In this document: piece by piece, positions 37,477-40,000 of the stretch
Layout of the letters: each line of letters starts with the position of its first letter
Position numbering within the stretch: position 1 is the first letter of the stretch
From: Alphaproteobacteria bacterium
GTDB lineage: Bacteria; Pseudomonadota; Alphaproteobacteria; Bin65
DNA: 40,000 bases
NCBI GenBank assembly: GCA_965221475.1
Contig: OZ244891.1
Coordinates: forward strand, 2,590,191 to 2,630,190
Direction: 5' to 3'
The notes under the pieces: generated by a model
The model's input: the letters and a program-made list of their open reading frames with translations, nothing else
Databases searched by the model: none
What the model was told of the DNA's origin: nothing
Position numbers and translations under genes: made by a program

Positions 37477-39711
37477 TCACCCGGCCGCGCGGCCGGCAGT
37501 GCTGCCGGGCGGCGGTCCGGGGGCGCGGTCGAAGCTTTCGGCAGGCGATGAGAGGGCGGCGCGCCGCTCGCGGCGCCGGCGCTTCTCGATCATCACCGGG
37601 CAGAGATGGTCGTCGTAATAGACTTCCTGGCAATGCAGGCAGTACAGGCACTCGTTGGGGTTGATCTGCCCCGTCGGGTGGATCGCCTGGACCATGCAGC
37701 CCTGGGCGCAGGTCTGGCACGGGCTGCCGCATTCCCGGTAGCGGCGCAGCCATTCGAACATGCGCAGCTTGCCGGGTATCGCCAGCGCCGCGCCGAGCGG
37801 GCACAGATAGCGGCAATAGAAGCGCTCGATAAACAAGCCCGCGAACAGCAGGGCGCCGGCGAACAGCACGAACCACCATTCGCGCGCGAATTTCAGGATG
37901 ATGGCCGTCTTGAACGGCTCGACCTCGGCGAATTGCTCGGCCATCGCCAGGGAGTGGAAGGACAGGCCGAAGATGGCCAGAAACAGGAGATATTTGATCG
38001 GCCACAGGCGCTCGTGCAGCGGCCACGGCACGCGGATCTGCGGCACCCGCACCAGGCGGGCCAGCCGGTTCAGCAGTTCCTGCAGCGCGCCGAACGGGCA
38101 CAGCCAGCCGCAGAACGGGCCGCGCCCCCAGAACAGCAGCGACGCGGCGACCGCGCACCACAGGATGAAGATCAGCGGTTCGGTCAGGAAATATTCCCAG
38201 CGGAAGCCGCTGAGGACCGCATTGGAGAAGGTGATCGTGTTGACGACCGAGAGCTGGGCATTGGCGTGGAAGCCGAGCCAGACCGTCGTAAAGACGAGGA
38301 AGGCGATACGCACCCGGCGCGACCAGACCGGCCGCCGGACGAGCTGGTCCTGGAAGAAGAAGATCGCGGTGAGCACGCCGAGCGCGACGGCGAGGATGGC
38401 GATATCCCACATGCGCTGCTGCCACAGGCGCAGCCAGAGCGGCGCCGCCGGCTCCAGCGCCGGGGCTGCGGCTGCCGGGGCGGCGGGCGGCGGGGCGGGC
38501 GCTGCGACCGGCCTGAAATATTTGTCCGGCGTCCGGTAGCCGAGATCGAAGGTCAGAAACGCCTTCTCGATGGGCCCGACCGGGCGGGAGACCAGCAGCT
38601 GGATGCGCCAGGGCAGGTCGGCGCGGAATTTCGATTTGCGCGGCAGGCGGAACAGGGCGATTTCGTCGAAGCGCGGGGCGTCGCCGGCGAGGCTGCCGAT
38701 GCGCTTGTACTGCCGGTCGCGAAAGCGGATGCCGATATCGCCCTGGATGAGCTGGATCCGGTCGAAAATGCCGCCGCGCACGAAGCCCGAACCGCGGAAG
38801 GAATAGGGCCCGTTGGCGAAGAGCAGGATGGCGTGCCGGCCCCGCCGCAGCCGCCGTTCGAGATTGGCGTATTCGCGCCTGCCCAGCAGGTTGCGGCCGA
38901 TGGCCGGCACCGAGACCAGGGCGGCATACATGTCGATCAGGGCATCTTCCGGCGCCGCTTCCGATGGCCGGATGACGGCTTCGGGGTGGCCGGCCCGGCG
39001 GAACGCCGCGTTGACCTCGCCCACCGTCAGCTTCAGCCGGCGTACCGAGCCGTCGCCGATCAGCGCCAGCCAGTCGGCGGTTTCGCCGGCCGCCGGGTCG
39101 AGCTCGCGCGGCGGTGCGGCGGGGGCTGCGCCGGCCGCGCCGCTGCGCGCGCGATGGACCCGCAGCGCGGAGCGGATGACCGAATCGTCGATCACCATGA
39201 TCGTCACCGTCGCGCCGCTGACGATATCGACCGACCGCACGCCGCGGTTCATCTCTTCGGCAAGCTGCAGAACATTCCGGCCGACATAGCCGTTCAGCAG
39301 CGCGACGACCCGCTCCTCCGGGATACCGACCAGCACGATCGGCTCCGAATGCTCCACCAGCTTCAGGCCGGTAATCGTGCCGTCCAGGGCCAGCCCGACC
39401 GCGATATGGATGGGCTTTCCCGAATAGCCGGTGGCGTCCAGGACATCCGAATTGAGGAAGGCGTGGCCGATGAGCGTATCGCCCCGGTACAGCCCGGCGA
39501 GCGGCGGCGTGCCGGCGGCCCGGCCGATCCGCGTGGCGTCCGCATGCAGGGCGGCGGGGCCGATCTTTGCCAGCACGGCGTCGAGCCGGGCGGCGTCGGC
39601 CCGCGCCGGGCCCGCCGCCAGGGCGGCAGCGCCGAAGGCGGCGACGGCAAGCAGCAAGAGCGGCAGCCCGGGGACCGGGCCGGCATACCGGCCTGCGACC
39701 GAACCTGCCAT
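37477..39711 (-). CDS. nosR: membrane-bound FMN-binding iron-sulfur regulator/electron-transfer protein NosR
   Basis: Periplasmic FMN-binding region, multiple transmembrane helices, CRYLCPLGA, and C-terminal ferredoxin-type clusters CGSPCQTCAQGC...CLYCLHCQEVY. ATG 39711 (MAGSVAGRYAGPVPGLPLLLLAVAAF) is preferred over track start 39822, which would place the FNR-type box inside the gene. Confidence 0.9.
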   Translation of the reverse strand: MAGSVAGRYAGPVPGLPLLLLAVAAFGAAALAAGPARADAARLDAVLAKIGPAALHADATRIGRAAGTPPLAGLYRGDTLIGHAFLNSDVLDATGYSGKPIHIAVGLALDGTITGLKLVEHSEPIVLVGIPEERVVALLNGYVGRNVLQLAEEMNRGVRSVDIVSGATVTIMVIDDSVIRSALRVHRARSGAAGAAPAAPPRELDPAAGETADWLALIGDGSVRRLKLTVGEVNAAFRRAGHPEAVIRPSEAAPEDALIDMYAALVSVPAIGRNLLGRREYANLERRLRRGRHAILLFANGPYSFRGSGFVRGGIFDRIQLIQGDIGIRFRDRQYKRIGSLAGDAPRFDEIALFRLPRKSKFRADLPWRIQLLVSRPVGPIEKAFLTFDLGYRTPDKYFRPVAAPAPPPAAPAAAAPALEPAAPLWLRLWQQRMWDIAILAVALGVLTAIFFFQDQLVRRPVWSRRVRIAFLVFTTVWLGFHANAQLSVVNTITFSNAVLSGFRWEYFLTEPLIFILWCAVAASLLFWGRGPFCGWLCPFGALQELLNRLARLVRVPQIRVPWPLHERLWPIKYLLFLAIFGLSFHSLAMAEQFAEVEPFKTAIILKFAREWWFVLFAGALLFAGLFIERFYCRYLCPLGAALAIPGKLRMFEWLRRYRECGSPCQTCAQGCMVQAIHPTGQINPNECLYCLHCQEVYYDDHLCPVMIEKRRRRERRAALSSPAESFDRAPGPPPGSTAGRAAG

Positions 39712-39815
39712 GCGTCGGACCAAATGCGTGTCCCCCGCCGGGTTTGCGGACGGCCGGCGGCGCCGAAACGCCAACCGGCAACGCCAATCCATAGGCCGCC
39801 CCTGCCGGCAGCGCC

Positions 39816-39829
39816 TTGACATGAATCAA
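39816..39829. promoter_or_regulatory. FNR/Dnr/NnrR-type (CRP-FNR family) binding box upstream of nosR
   Basis: TTGAC-ATGA-ATCAA matches the consensus TTGAT-N4-ATCAA with one mismatch. It is centred about 111 bp upstream of the preferred nosR start codon. Confidence 0.55.
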
Positions 39830-39948
39830 TGGCCGGCACGGCCCTGCCGGCGGTGCGGCCCTGCTGCGCGTTGCCGGGGGCGGCCGGCCTGGCGGATAAT
39901 CGCCGCCGGCGGATACCGCCCCCAACATTCGACAGCGAACGGCGCCCC

Positions 39949-40000
39949 ATGAAATTCACCCTGTCCTGGCTGAAGGAGCATCTGGAGACGGAGGCGCCGC
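39949..40000 (+). CDS. pheT: phenylalanine--tRNA ligase beta subunit, N-terminal 17 codons only
   Basis: ATG at 39949. The translation MKFTLSWLKEHLETEAP matches the highly conserved PheT N-terminus (MKFTLSWLK.HL). The gene runs off the right edge. Confidence 0.7.
   Translation, partial: MKFTLSWLKEHLETEAP

Overview
This is a very GC-rich, densely coding chromosomal segment with about 40 genes and no gap longer than about 240 bp. Gene content and order (argD-argF-hslO, trmFO, recQ, nosRZDFYLX, a pheT N-terminus) look alphaproteobacterial, possibly Rhodospirillales-like; that is inference. All functional calls come from reading motifs in the supplied translations, since no similarity search could be run.

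Layout:
- 1-5 kb: housekeeping genes (leuB, tRNA-Gly(GCC), hslO, argF, argD).
- 5-11 kb: FAD monooxygenase, a DUF1640 coiled-coil protein with an expanded tandem repeat, an EamA transporter, an acyl-CoA dehydrogenase and recQ.
- 11-16.6 kb: a minus-strand acyl-CoA operon (crotonase, HMG-CoA-synthase-like::DUF35 fusion, HAD dehalogenase-type hydrolase, VOC protein, SCP-x-type thiolase, Asp-nucleophile alpha/beta hydrolase).
- 16.8-19.7 kb: a GYD protein, an AhpD/CMD-type protein interrupted by one in-frame TGA, and trmFO.
- 19.8-30.4 kb: a 12-gene, translationally coupled plus-strand operon of unassigned function (small recombinase-HTH-like protein, NitT/TauT-type ABC ATPase and permease, cupin, Rieske oxygenase, SDR, alpha/beta hydrolase, SDR, TPP enzyme, aspartate-dehydrogenase-fold protein, ChaC-type gamma-glutamylcyclotransferase, amidase).
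- 30.4-39.8 kb: a complete clade-I nitrous-oxide reductase cluster nosRZDFYLX plus a class-I cytochrome c, with an FNR/Dnr-type box upstream of nosR.
- Right edge: the start of pheT.

I saw no transposase, integrase, phage genes, CRISPR array, rRNA or recognisable defence genes.

The most notable observation is that the TGA at 17465-17467 sits exactly where the second Cys of the CxxC motif of the AhpD/CMD fold belongs, and a GC-rich hairpin follows it. This suggests a selenocysteine (CxxU) protein that the ORF track splits into two ORFs. The 12-gene operon is the best candidate for an undescribed catabolic system, but its substrate cannot be deduced from sequence alone.
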